Source: Planctomycetota bacterium | Lineage (GTDB): Bacteria; Planctomycetota; UBA11346 | Assembly: GCA_038213805.1 (NCBI GenBank) | Contig: JBBQSO010000099.1 | Span: 1-18,182, forward strand | Direction of reading: 5' to 3' | Length of the DNA: 18,182 nt | Shown here: positions 7,985-16,598 of the stretch, piece after piece | How positions within the stretch are numbered: the first letter of the stretch is position 1 | Layout of the letters: the number at the start of each line of letters is the position of its first letter | Made by a program: the position numbers and the translations under genes | The notes under the pieces: model-generated | Seen by the model: only the letters and a program-made list of their open reading frames with translations | What the model was told of the DNA's origin: nothing | Databases searched by the model: none

Positions 7985-9106
7985 ATGCCTGAACGCGTCC
8001 TGTGCGTCGATGACGACCCCAGCATCCTCGCGGGCTTCCAGCGCAATTTGCGCAAGCGCTTCGAGCTCGAGATCGCGGTCGGTGGCGAGGCCGCCATCGC
8101 CGCCTTGGAGAAGGGTCCTTACGCCGTGGTGGTCTCCGACATGCGCATGCCGGGCATGGACGGCATCCGCCTGCTGGCCACGGTCAAGGAGCGCTGGCCG
8201 GAGACCGTGCGCGTGATGCTGACCGGAGAGAGCGACATCAAGGCGACCATCACCGCGGTGAACGCCGGCAACCTGTTCCGCTTCCTCACCAAACCGTGCA
8301 CGCCCGACGAGCTGGCCGTCACCATCGAGGCGGCGGTCGCCCAGCACCGTCTGATCGTGGCCGAGCGCGAACTGCTCGAGAAGACCCTGTCGGGCAGCGT
8401 CAAGGTGCTCACCGAGGTGCTGTCGATCGTCAGCCCGCGCGCCTTCGGCCGCGCGCTGCGCGCCAAGCGTTATGCGCGCCACCTTGCCGAGCGCCTGGGC
8501 CTGCGCGCGCGCTGGCAGGTCGAGCTCGCGACCATGCTCTCGCAGATCGGCTGCATCACGCTGCCCGCCGAGGTGCTGGACCGCCTGGTGGCGAACCAGC
8601 CGCTGGTCGGTGCGGAGCAGGAACTCGCGGATGGCCGCCACCTGGTCGCGCGCAATCTCATCGCGCACATCCCGCGCCTGGAGGCGATCGCGCGCATGAT
8701 CGAGCTGCAGGGGGTGATGGGGCGGGCCACTTGGCCAGAGGATCCGTGCATCCTCGGCGCGCAGGTGGTGTACGTCGCCCTCGAGGCGGACACCCTGATC
8801 GCCCAGGGCATCGTACCCAGTGTGGCCCTCGGCCAGCTCGGCCCGCGCCTGGGCAGCCGTTTCGCCAGGATCCTGGAGGCCTTCGCCAGCTACGATTTCG
8901 GCAATGCCGGCCAGGCGGTGCGCGCGATCTTCTCGAAGGATCTGATGCTGGGCATGATCCTTGACGAGGACGTGCGCACCAAGACCGGCCTGTTGCTGGT
9001 CAGCAAGGGGCAGGAGGCCACTCAGGCGGTCATCGAGCGCCTGCGCAACTACGCGAAGCAGATCGGCATCGTCGAGCCCTTCCGCGTCCTGGTGTCGTCG
9101 CCCTGA
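7985..9106 (+). CDS. Response regulator with degenerate HD/HD-GYP-like (RpfG-like) domain (373 aa)
   Basis: REC: VLCVDDD, VVSDMRMPGMDG, LTG, LTKP. Linker ERELLEKTLSGSVKVL. HD-like region with LATMLSQIG where LHDIG is expected, and no GYP motif. C-terminal LMLGMILDEDVRTKTGLLLVSKGQE module. Starts 3 nt after the HDOD gene. Confidence 0.88.
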   Translation: MPERVLCVDDDPSILAGFQRNLRKRFELEIAVGGEAAIAALEKGPYAVVVSDMRMPGMDGIRLLATVKERWPETVRVMLTGESDIKATITAVNAGNLFRFLTKPCTPDELAVTIEAAVAQHRLIVAERELLEKTLSGSVKVLTEVLSIVSPRAFGRALRAKRYARHLAERLGLRARWQVELATMLSQIGCITLPAEVLDRLVANQPLVGAEQELADGRHLVARNLIAHIPRLEAIARMIELQGVMGRATWPEDPCILGAQVVYVALEADTLIAQGIVPSVALGQLGPRLGSRFARILEAFASYDFGNAGQAVRAIFSKDLMLGMILDEDVRTKTGLLLVSKGQEATQAVIERLRNYAKQIGIVEPFRVLVSSP

Positions 9107-9151
9107 CGGCAGGGCGGTGGCGACCGGTCCGGTGGACGCCGACGCCGGGAC

Positions 9152-11893
9152 TCAGCGTTCCTGGGCCTGGACCAGCGGCAGGGTGACGATGAAGGTCGTG
9201 CCGACGCCCTCGGCGGTCTCGAAGGCGATGGTGCCGCGATGCCGCTGGACGACGATGGTGTGGCAGATGTAGAGCCCCTGCCCGGTGCCCTTGCCGACGG
9301 GCTTGGTGGTGAAGAAGGGATCGAAGATCCTGGCCCGCGCCGCCGCGGGGATGCCGGCCCCGTCGTCCTGGAAGCGCAGTTCGACCGCCTCGCCCAGCCG
9401 CCTGGTGGAAATGGTGATCAGCCCCTTGGAGCCATCGCCGCGCGCCGCGCCGATGGCGTGGGCGGCGTTGACCAGCAGGTTGAGGAAGACCTGGTTCAGT
9501 TCGCCGATGAAGCAGGAAACCGCCGGCAGCGCGGGATCGAAAGCGGTGCGCACCTCGGCCACGTATTTGTACTCGTTGCGCGCCACGGTCAGCGTGGTCT
9601 CGATGGCGTGGTTGAGGTCGGCCGGCTGGCACCCGTCCTGACCTGGGTGCGAGAACTCCTTCATTGCCCGGATGATGCCCGCGACGCGCGCGACGCCTTC
9701 GCTGGACTGCTCGATCGCGCGCGGGATCTCTGCGCACAGGTACGGCAGGTCGGCCTTGGCCCAGGCCGCGGCGGCCTGAGCAGCCGCGTCGGGGTCGTGC
9801 GTCTGGCCAGCGCCAGCGAGCAGGGCGCCCTGCTGCAGGCGCAGGGCGGCGTCCAGGTCGGCGAACGATTCGCGCAGGAAGCGCAGGTTGTCGCCGATGA
9901 ACTGGATGGGGGTGTTGATCTCGTGTGCGACGCCCGCAGCGAGCTGACCGATCGATTCGAGCTTCTGGCCGTGGTTGTGCTGGGCCTCGAGGTGCTTGCG
10001 CGCGGTGGTCTCGATGCCGAGCAGAAGGATCTCCGGCTCGCTCTCCTCCAGCCCGGTATCGGCGGTGTTGGCGAGGATGGTGAGGGAGAGGAAACCGCCC
10101 CGGCCGGAGGTGTGCTCATAGCGCACGTCCACCAGCTCCGCCTGGTCCCTGGCCATGCGGCAGGCGGCGATCGCCGCCATGATCGCTGCGTCGGAGGCGG
10201 CGAGACCGCTGGCCGCGAGCGGCATCCCCACGGCGGTGACCGCGGGGATGCCGAAGGTGCGTTCGGCGGCCTCGTTCCAGCGCGCGATGGTGTTGTCAGG
10301 GCGCAGGCCGATGAGCACGGCCGAGATGCTTGAGAGCAGCAGTTCCGCCTCGGCGTGGGCCTTGCGCAGGTCGCGCTCGGTCGCGCGCCGCAGCCCGATG
10401 TCGCGGACCAGCAGCAACGAGGCGGCCTGGCCGACGTGCTGGGTCGGGGTGGTCATGACCTCGACGTGGATGGTGGTGCCGTCGCTGCGCCGCCACTCCT
10501 GCTCGGGCAGGGTGCCGGCCGCCTCGGACGGCGCGGCGGTCGTCGCGGACGCCGCCGCGGCGGGGCGCGCGCCGGCGGTGAAGTCCTCCGCGCGGCGGCC
10601 CGCCGCAAATTCCGGCTCAGTCGTGCCGAGCAGCCGGTGGCCCGCGGGATTGGCGTAGACGAAGTGGTTCGCGCTCTGGATGAAGATGGCGAGCGGTGAG
10701 AGTTCGATCAGCAGCCGGTAGCGCTGCTCGCTGAGCATCACCCGGATCTGGGCCTCGCGCGCGTCGGTCACATCATTGAGGATGCCGATGTGGTTGGTGA
10801 CGGCGCCGGCGGCATCGCGGATCGGGCTGAGGGAAAGTTCGTTCCAGAACTCGCTGCCGTCCTTGCGCCGGTTGCGCAGCACCGCTGTGCATGGGTTTCC
10901 CGCCCTCAGCGCGGCGCGGATCCGGGCGAGATCCGGCTGGTCGCGGTCGCCGCCCTGCAGGAAGCGGCAATTCCTGCCCAGCATCTCGGCCGGGGCATAC
11001 CCGGTGATGCGCTTGGCGGCAGGGTTCGCGAAGATGATCGGGTTGTCGGCCTGGCGCGGGTCGGTGATGAGCACGCCGTTGCCCGCTGCCGCGATGGCGC
11101 GCTGGAGCAGGTGCAGCTCCTCGAGCATCCGCTTGCGCCGGCCGATGTCGCGGATGATGAGCTGCCATTCGACGCGCCCGGCGGACTCCATCCGGGAGAA
11201 GATGAGTTCGACGTCCAGGCGCCGCCCGTTCGCGTCCTGCGCCCAGGTCTCAAGCGCAGGCGAGGTCCGGACCCCGGCGCCATCCGGGTCAGTAGGGAGC
11301 AGGCGGTCGATATCCGGCAGGAAGCGCGCCACCGGGATGCCCGCCGCCAGCGGGCGCACCAGCCCCAGCAGGCGCAGTCCGGCCTCGTTGATCAGCTCTA
11401 GCCGCCCACTGGCGCTGATCAGAATGGCATCCGGTGAGTGCGAGAAGGCCGCTTCGAAGCGCAACGTGGCGATCTGCGCCTGGCGGGCGAGGCGATGCTC
11501 GGCCACCACCCGCCGCACGGCGGGCACCAGCCGCGCGAGGCGGTCCTTGAGCACGACGTCGGCGGCGCCGCCGCGCAGCGTGCGCACCGCGACTTCCTCA
11601 TCGAGGGAGCCGGTGAGTACGATCAGCGGGATGTCCACGCCCCGCTCCTTGAGCAGGGTCATGGCGACCAGCGCGTCCATGTCCGGCAGGAAATGGTCGG
11701 CGATGACCACGTCGAAGTCCGCGGCGAGGTGGTCCAGGAATTGCTCGCGGGTGCGCGTCGAGACCATGTCGAACGCCAGACCTGAGTCCACGAGGTGCTG
11801 GCGCAGGAGCACCTCATCGTCGGCGCGGTCCTCTACCAGCAGGATGCGCAGCGCCACATCCGCTGATCGTGGTGGAGGCGGGGGTCCGGGCAT
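9152..11893 (-). CDS. Soluble hybrid histidine kinase REC-PAS-LOV-PAS-PAS-HisKA-HATPase (913 aa)
   Basis: N-terminal REC (ILLVED, VIADHFLPD, LTG, LK). Four PAS-type repeats, the second with the LOV signature DNPIIFAN..GRNCRFLQG..RKDG..FWNEL. H-box [13 protein letters not shown]-box LNQVFLNLLVNA, G1 DDGAGI, F-box FDPFFTTK, G2 GTGQGL. No TM segment. Confidence 0.95.
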   Translation of the reverse strand: MPGPPPPPRSADVALRILLVEDRADDEVLLRQHLVDSGLAFDMVSTRTREQFLDHLAADFDVVIADHFLPDMDALVAMTLLKERGVDIPLIVLTGSLDEEVAVRTLRGGAADVVLKDRLARLVPAVRRVVAEHRLARQAQIATLRFEAAFSHSPDAILISASGRLELINEAGLRLLGLVRPLAAGIPVARFLPDIDRLLPTDPDGAGVRTSPALETWAQDANGRRLDVELIFSRMESAGRVEWQLIIRDIGRRKRMLEELHLLQRAIAAAGNGVLITDPRQADNPIIFANPAAKRITGYAPAEMLGRNCRFLQGGDRDQPDLARIRAALRAGNPCTAVLRNRRKDGSEFWNELSLSPIRDAAGAVTNHIGILNDVTDAREAQIRVMLSEQRYRLLIELSPLAIFIQSANHFVYANPAGHRLLGTTEPEFAAGRRAEDFTAGARPAAAASATTAAPSEAAGTLPEQEWRRSDGTTIHVEVMTTPTQHVGQAASLLLVRDIGLRRATERDLRKAHAEAELLLSSISAVLIGLRPDNTIARWNEAAERTFGIPAVTAVGMPLAASGLAASDAAIMAAIAACRMARDQAELVDVRYEHTSGRGGFLSLTILANTADTGLEESEPEILLLGIETTARKHLEAQHNHGQKLESIGQLAAGVAHEINTPIQFIGDNLRFLRESFADLDAALRLQQGALLAGAGQTHDPDAAAQAAAAWAKADLPYLCAEIPRAIEQSSEGVARVAGIIRAMKEFSHPGQDGCQPADLNHAIETTLTVARNEYKYVAEVRTAFDPALPAVSCFIGELNQVFLNLLVNAAHAIGAARGDGSKGLITISTRRLGEAVELRFQDDGAGIPAAARARIFDPFFTTKPVGKGTGQGLYICHTIVVQRHRGTIAFETAEGVGTTFIVTLPLVQAQER

Positions 11894-11899
11894 CCGCTA

Positions 11900-11928
11900 A
11901 GCGTATCGCCCTTTCACCACCAAGACAA
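11900..11928 (-). promoter_or_regulatory. Putative sigma70 promoter TTGTCT-N17-TACGCT positioned for a leaderless LOV-kinase mRNA
   Basis: -35 = complement of 11923-11928, -10 = complement of 11900-11905, 17-nt spacer. The ATG at 11893 follows the -10 after 6 nt, with no SD. Confidence 0.6.
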
Positions 11929-12014
11929 TCACCGGCAGCGGCGCGCGGGCCCCTGATCCGCAACGGTGGTATCGGGAATGGCCACCGGCATGGCGAAATC
12001 CTTGAGGAAACCGG

Positions 12015-12043
12015 TTGACTCGCGCGGCTGACGAGGGGAAGCT
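12015..12043 (+). promoter_or_regulatory. Possible sigma70 promoter TTGACT-N17-GAAGCT for the barrel/PBP/kinase operon
   Basis: Near-consensus -35 (12015-12020), weak -10 (12038-12043), ~75 nt before the likely start. Confidence 0.35.
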
Positions 12044-12119
12044 TCAGGCTGGGCATCATCTGGGAAAGCGCGCCTGTTTCGACGCCCGCCCACCACGTTC
12101 CTCGGCAATGGGAGCCATG

Positions 12120-13496
12120 ATGCTCGAACCCCGGTGTCCCAAGGTCTGCGCGCGGCATCATGGGCCGGGTGGACATGCGCAGCACGGGGTGCCGCGGCCC
12201 AGCGGCGGTGCGCAGGACCGCGCCACAACGCGTGGACGGCCGCGCCGATTTCAGGTCGCAACGGGCGCGCTGCTCGCCTTTGGCGCCGCGGTTCCGGCCT
12301 GCGCCGTCGACCTCGGCATCGACCTGCATGGCTTCGCGAGCCAGGGCTACCTCATCACCACGGGCAACAACTACCTCGGCCCGACCCTGCAGGACGGCTC
12401 CTTTGAATTCAATGAGGTCGGGCTCAACGTCGTCGCCACCCCGGTCGACCGGCTGCGCGTGGGCGCCCAGGTGGTATCGCTCGACGCCGGAGATTTCGGC
12501 AACAACCAGGTGGAGATCGACTGGGCGTACGGCGACTACCAGCTTGATCAGCGGCTCGGCTTCAAGTTAGGGCGCTTCAAGATCCCGCTCGGCCTGGCCA
12601 ACGACACGCGCGATCTCGATTTGACGCGGACCCAGGTGTTCCTGCCCCAGGCCGTCTATCCCGTGCCGCTGCGGGACTTCTACATCGCGGTCAACGGCGT
12701 CGGCATCTACGGGACGGCCCCGATGGGCGGTCTCGGGACCCTGGATTACACGGCATACATCGGGGGCCAGAACATCACCTCGCAGAGCGCGACCGCCCGG
12801 TACTTCACCAGCCTGGGTGCAGGCGACACCTTCAGCTTCATCCATGTGAGCAGCATCGAGGGCGGCGCCCTGACCTGGAACACCCCGGCCGATGGGCTGC
12901 GCCTGCGCGCCTCGCTCTACCATGCCTACCGCCTGAACGTGCTCGGACACACGCTTGGCGCGGCCACCTCCGCGGCCGGCGTGTTCTCCGACAACGACAT
13001 CCACGCGCAGCTTCACGACTTCTGGAGCGGGATCCTCTCGGCGGAGTACCAGTGGAAGGACCTCACCCTCGCCGGGGAGTACCTGCGCAACTACTCGCGC
13101 AACGATGTGGTGGTGACCTCCCACCCGTTCATCAACGCGCCTGCCGCCGGCGGACCACCGGGATCGACGGTGCGGGTCGACCTGCCCGTGACCACAACCC
13201 GCAGGATCAGCTACCTGCGCAATGAGGGCATGTACCTCAGCGCCGGCTACCGCTTCCTCGAACGCTTCGAAGCCAGCGTGGGGCGCGAGATCTACTTCGA
13301 TGACACGCAGGCGCGCGGCGCGTCCTTCTTCCGCTCCTGGGATCTGTCCTTGCGCTGGGACATCCTCGACCACTGGCTGGCGAAGGCGGAATGGCAGCAC
13401 GTCGACGGCACCGCCTTCGCGTCGCGCCAGGACAATCCCCAGGGGCTCAAGGACTCCATGGATGTCCTGTCCCTCAAGACCACCTTCGATTTCTGA
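12120..13496 (+). CDS. Putative outer-membrane beta-barrel (porin-like) protein (~458 aa; start uncertain)
   Basis: GGGAG 5 nt before ATG 12120; in-frame ATGs also at 12108 and 12117. Signal-like RRFQVATGALLAFGAAVPACA/VD. Alternating beta-strand patterns IDLHGFASQGY, VEIDWAYGDYQ, FKLGRFKIPLG, WLAKAEWQHVDG. C-terminal Phe (LSLKTTFDF), typical of BAM substrates. Confidence 0.8.
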   Translation: MLEPRCPKVCARHHGPGGHAQHGVPRPSGGAQDRATTRGRPRRFQVATGALLAFGAAVPACAVDLGIDLHGFASQGYLITTGNNYLGPTLQDGSFEFNEVGLNVVATPVDRLRVGAQVVSLDAGDFGNNQVEIDWAYGDYQLDQRLGFKLGRFKIPLGLANDTRDLDLTRTQVFLPQAVYPVPLRDFYIAVNGVGIYGTAPMGGLGTLDYTAYIGGQNITSQSATARYFTSLGAGDTFSFIHVSSIEGGALTWNTPADGLRLRASLYHAYRLNVLGHTLGAATSAAGVFSDNDIHAQLHDFWSGILSAEYQWKDLTLAGEYLRNYSRNDVVVTSHPFINAPAAGGPPGSTVRVDLPVTTTRRISYLRNEGMYLSAGYRFLERFEASVGREIYFDDTQARGASFFRSWDLSLRWDILDHWLAKAEWQHVDGTAFASRQDNPQGLKDSMDVLSLKTTFDF

Positions 13497-13960
13497 TGGA
13501 CCAGCCCACCCCCATCCCGTCCATGCGCAGCGGGAGCCACCGCATAAATGCCACGCTGCGCGCGTCCGTGCTCGCCTGGCTCGTGCTGCTTGCGCCGACT
13601 GCAGGCGCCGAGGAGTTCCTGATCGTCAATCCCGGCGTCACCGGTGCCGGCCTGCAAGCGCGGGCGCTGCGCGACATCTTCCTCGGCAAGCGCGTCAACT
13701 GGGATGATGGCCAGCGCATCATCATCTTCATGACCAGGGAGGGTCCCAGCCGGGACGTGCTCCTGAAACGCCTCGGTCGCACCTCCGCGCAATTCGTCTC
13801 GGGTTGGAAGCGACTGGTGTTCACCGGCAGCGGTACCCTGCCGCAGGTTGTCGAAGGCGATGCCGCGCTGCAGGCCGCGGTGGCCCGGACACCGGGGGCG
13901 GTGGGCTTCGTGGTGGCGGCCCAGGCGGGCGACGGGGTCACGGGGATCGCGCTGCCATGA
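13496..13960 (+). CDS. Small exported periplasmic-binding-protein-like protein (PstS/PBP2-like fragment, 154 aa)
   Basis: TGATG overlap with the barrel gene. Signal peptide (..VLLAPTAGA/EE). LIVNP..LRDIFLGKRVNWDDG..WKRLVFTGSG..VARTPGAVGFV matches the short family often annotated as 'phosphate ABC transporter substrate-binding protein'. Confidence 0.82.
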   Translation: MDQPTPIPSMRSGSHRINATLRASVLAWLVLLAPTAGAEEFLIVNPGVTGAGLQARALRDIFLGKRVNWDDGQRIIIFMTREGPSRDVLLKRLGRTSAQFVSGWKRLVFTGSGTLPQVVEGDAALQAAVARTPGAVGFVVAAQAGDGVTGIALP

Positions 13961-14015
13961 ACGCGCCACGTCGACCTGTGGCGGTTTCGGCGGGCCCGGG
14001 CACAGGAGGGCGGCC

Positions 14016-16097
14016 ATGCGCATCGTGACGCAGATCTGGATCAGCTTCATCATCCTGCTGTGCGGCTATGCCGCGACCGTCGTCATCAACGACACCCTGT
14101 CGCGCAAGGGCGAGGCGTTTCTGCAGCACGCGCAGGCCGATGTCCTGCCCGCGATGATCGCCGCCCAGGAGGCCAGCACCGCCTTCAAGCAGCTTTTCCA
14201 GGCGAACCAGGACGCGGTGGTCTTCGGCGACGCCACCTCGCTGGAGCGCGCGGCGCCGCTGTTGCGCCAACTCGACCGCGATCTTGAGCGCATCGCCGCG
14301 TCCACGTCCCTGGGCGCGGTCTGGAGCACCACCGCCGCCGGCTGCCGCACGGCGGTCGCCGACTTCGCGCACGATGCCGAACCCACCTACCGGGCCCTGG
14401 CGCATGGTGACCCGGATGCGGCCGTGCAGGCCCAGGCGGCGCGGCTGCAGCAGCGCTATGACGGGATCTCCGCCGCGCTCGACCAGCTCACCGCCGGCCT
14501 GAAGGGTGCGCTCGCCGCATCCATGACCGAGCGGACCGTGACCGGCACGCGCGAACGCATGATCAGCGAACTGGTCCTGACCGTCGTCGTCCTCGCGGCC
14601 TTCGGGATCATCATCACCATCACCATGGGCTGGTCGAAGCGCCTCACCGCGCTGATCGACGCGAGCCACCGCATGAGCGCCGGCGACTACGATACGGCGA
14701 TCGTGGTCTCGGGCCGCGATGAGGTGAGCCTGCTGGCGGACGGCTTCTCGCAGATGCGGGAATCGATCCGCAAGCGCAACCGCGAGCTGCAGGAGTTCAA
14801 TGGGCGCCTTGAGAGCGAGGTCAGCGAGCGCACCGGCGAGCTCAAGGCGAAGAACAATGATCTGCTGACCCAGATGGCCGAGCGCCAGCGCGTCGAGCAC
14901 TCGCTGCGCCTGCTCGAGGTGGCGGTGGGGCAGATCGCCGAAGGGGTGGTGATCTCCGCGCCTGAGTTGGCCGCGTCGCGACCTCCTGACTACGCCAATG
15001 CGGGCTTCCGCTCGCTCTTCGCCCTGTCCCCGGAAGACGCGCTCGCAGGTGGGCTCGCCACGCTGTTCGCGGGGCACGTGCTGCCGCCAGAGCTGGAGGA
15101 GGCCTGCGCCATGGCCAGGGCCGGGCAGTCACGGACGATCGAGACGGCGCTGGTCCTGGCCGACCAGCGCGAGTGCGTCATCGAGTGGCACGTCGCTCCT
15201 ATCCGTGACGGCGCCGGCCGGATCACCAACCTGGTCTCGATCATGCGCGATCTGACTGAGCGCAAAGCCCAGGACGCGCAGCGCCAGCAGGGCGCGAAGC
15301 TCGAATCGATCGGCCTGCTCGCCGCGGGGGTCGCGCACGAGATCAACACCCCCATCCAGTTCATCGGTGACAACCTGCGCTTTCTCGGGGACGCCTTCGG
15401 CGACCTGGTGCGGGTCATGGCCGCCAAACGGAGCGTGGTCGAGGCGTGCCGGGCGGCCGCGAGCCACCCGGAACTGGTGGAGGCGGTGGACGCAGTCGCG
15501 CGCAGCGCCGATTTGGAATACCTCCGTGGCGAGATCCCCAAGGGCGTCGGCCAGGCCCTGGAGGGGGTCAACCGGGTCGCGGAGATCGTCCGGGCCATGA
15601 AGGAGTTCTCGCACCCCGACCAGCAGGAGATGGCGCCTGCCGACATCGCCAAGGCGATCACCACCACGCTGATCGTCGCGCGCACCGAGTACAAGTACGT
15701 GGCGGACGTGGTCACGGACTTCGACCCGGACCTGCCCCTGGTGCCCTGCCTGGTCGGCGAGTTCAACCAGGTGATCCTCAACCTTGTGGTGAACGCGGCG
15801 CACGCCATCGCTGACGCCGTCGGCACCAGCAACGCGCGCGGCACCATCACGATTTCCGCCAAGCGCAACGGCGGCAACGTGGAGGTGCGCGTCGGCGACA
15901 CCGGCACCGGCATCCCGCCGGCGGCGCGCGCCCACATCTTCGCGCCGTTCTTCACCACCAAGCCGGTCGGCAAGGGCACCGGGCAGGGCCTTTCCCACGC
16001 CCACACGGTGGTGACGAAGAAGCACGGCGGCACCATCACCTTCGAGACCCAGGTCGGGAAGGGAACGACCTTCATCATCGGGCTGCCGATGGCCTGA
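14016..16097 (+). CDS. Membrane histidine kinase TM-helical periplasmic sensor-TM-HAMP-PAS-HisKA-HATPase (693 aa)
   Basis: AGGAGG SD before ATG 14016. Two TM helices ([37 protein letters not shown]). HAMP ([30 protein letters not shown]), PAS ([26 protein letters not shown]), H-box AHEINTP, and N/G1/F/G2 boxes. Confidence 0.95.
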   Translation: MRIVTQIWISFIILLCGYAATVVINDTLSRKGEAFLQHAQADVLPAMIAAQEASTAFKQLFQANQDAVVFGDATSLERAAPLLRQLDRDLERIAASTSLGAVWSTTAAGCRTAVADFAHDAEPTYRALAHGDPDAAVQAQAARLQQRYDGISAALDQLTAGLKGALAASMTERTVTGTRERMISELVLTVVVLAAFGIIITITMGWSKRLTALIDASHRMSAGDYDTAIVVSGRDEVSLLADGFSQMRESIRKRNRELQEFNGRLESEVSERTGELKAKNNDLLTQMAERQRVEHSLRLLEVAVGQIAEGVVISAPELAASRPPDYANAGFRSLFALSPEDALAGGLATLFAGHVLPPELEEACAMARAGQSRTIETALVLADQRECVIEWHVAPIRDGAGRITNLVSIMRDLTERKAQDAQRQQGAKLESIGLLAAGVAHEINTPIQFIGDNLRFLGDAFGDLVRVMAAKRSVVEACRAAASHPELVEAVDAVARSADLEYLRGEIPKGVGQALEGVNRVAEIVRAMKEFSHPDQQEMAPADIAKAITTTLIVARTEYKYVADVVTDFDPDLPLVPCLVGEFNQVILNLVVNAAHAIADAVGTSNARGTITISAKRNGGNVEVRVGDTGTGIPPAARAHIFAPFFTTKPVGKGTGQGLSHAHTVVTKKHGGTITFETQVGKGTTFIIGLPMA

Positions 16098-16122
16098 AGG
16101 GGGTCGTGGAGGGCGCGAACAT

Positions 16123-16372
16123 TAGGTTTTTCGTCATTCGTGGCCGATTCATTGCCTCCTTGGTTCTCGTCGATCAAATCAGGAAAGTCAGGATCGAACA
16201 AGAGGAACGGAGGACAGCCAGGAGATGGCGAGGCCGTTTTTCCGATTTCGCTTTTTTCCACTGGCTCCCTGTCCTCCTCCGTTTCTTCGTTCCTCTTGTT
16301 CAATCAGGTCTTGATACCCGGCGATGGATGGTAAGTAACCACCTCGTACGACGAGGAACCGAAAATTACCTA
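16123..16372. repeat. Lower-GC intergenic element with nested imperfect inverted repeats
   Basis: Perfect 14-bp IR GAACAAGAGGAACG (16196-16209) / CGTTCCTCTTGTTC (16288-16301). Inner GAGGACAG/CTGTCCTC (16210-16217/16269-16276). Outer ATCAGGA/TCTTGAT, GGTTCTCGTCG/CGACGAGGAACC and TAGGTTTTTCG/CGAAAATTACCTA. Confidence 0.65.
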
Positions 16373-16598
16373 GGCGCGCGCAGATCTGAGCGATGACCAC
16401 CTGGCAACGGATGGGGTCGGTTCATCGCCTGGAAGGGGCGACCGGTCACGGCAGGGATTTCGTGGTCATGGTGGGGAGCCGACCGCGTCGGTCGCGGTGG
16501 TGGTGGCGTGCTGGACGACAGCCCTTCACCGCCCTGACCAAACCCCACGCCACGCCCTGGTCAACACGCCGCCACCGGCGCGTATCTCATTGCTGAGC

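Noticed and set aside
9107..9151. Intrinsic terminator between convergent genes (also 5824-5832)
   Set aside because: Only short GC hairpins with no U-tract; not supportable.
11985..12060. Possible c-di-GMP riboswitch (GGCGAAA..GAAA) in the divergent region
   Set aside because: It lacks the GCAAA/GACGCAAAGC core and the paired stems of GEMM-I, and overlaps a plausible promoter.
13496..13960. Calling this gene pstS
   Set aside because: Less than half the length of PstS, and no pstCAB in the window.
16106..16400. Small ORFs in the palindromic intergenic region, or a CRISPR array
   Set aside because: The ORFs have atypical codon usage and no motifs. The repeats are inverted, not direct repeats with spacers, and no cas genes are present.
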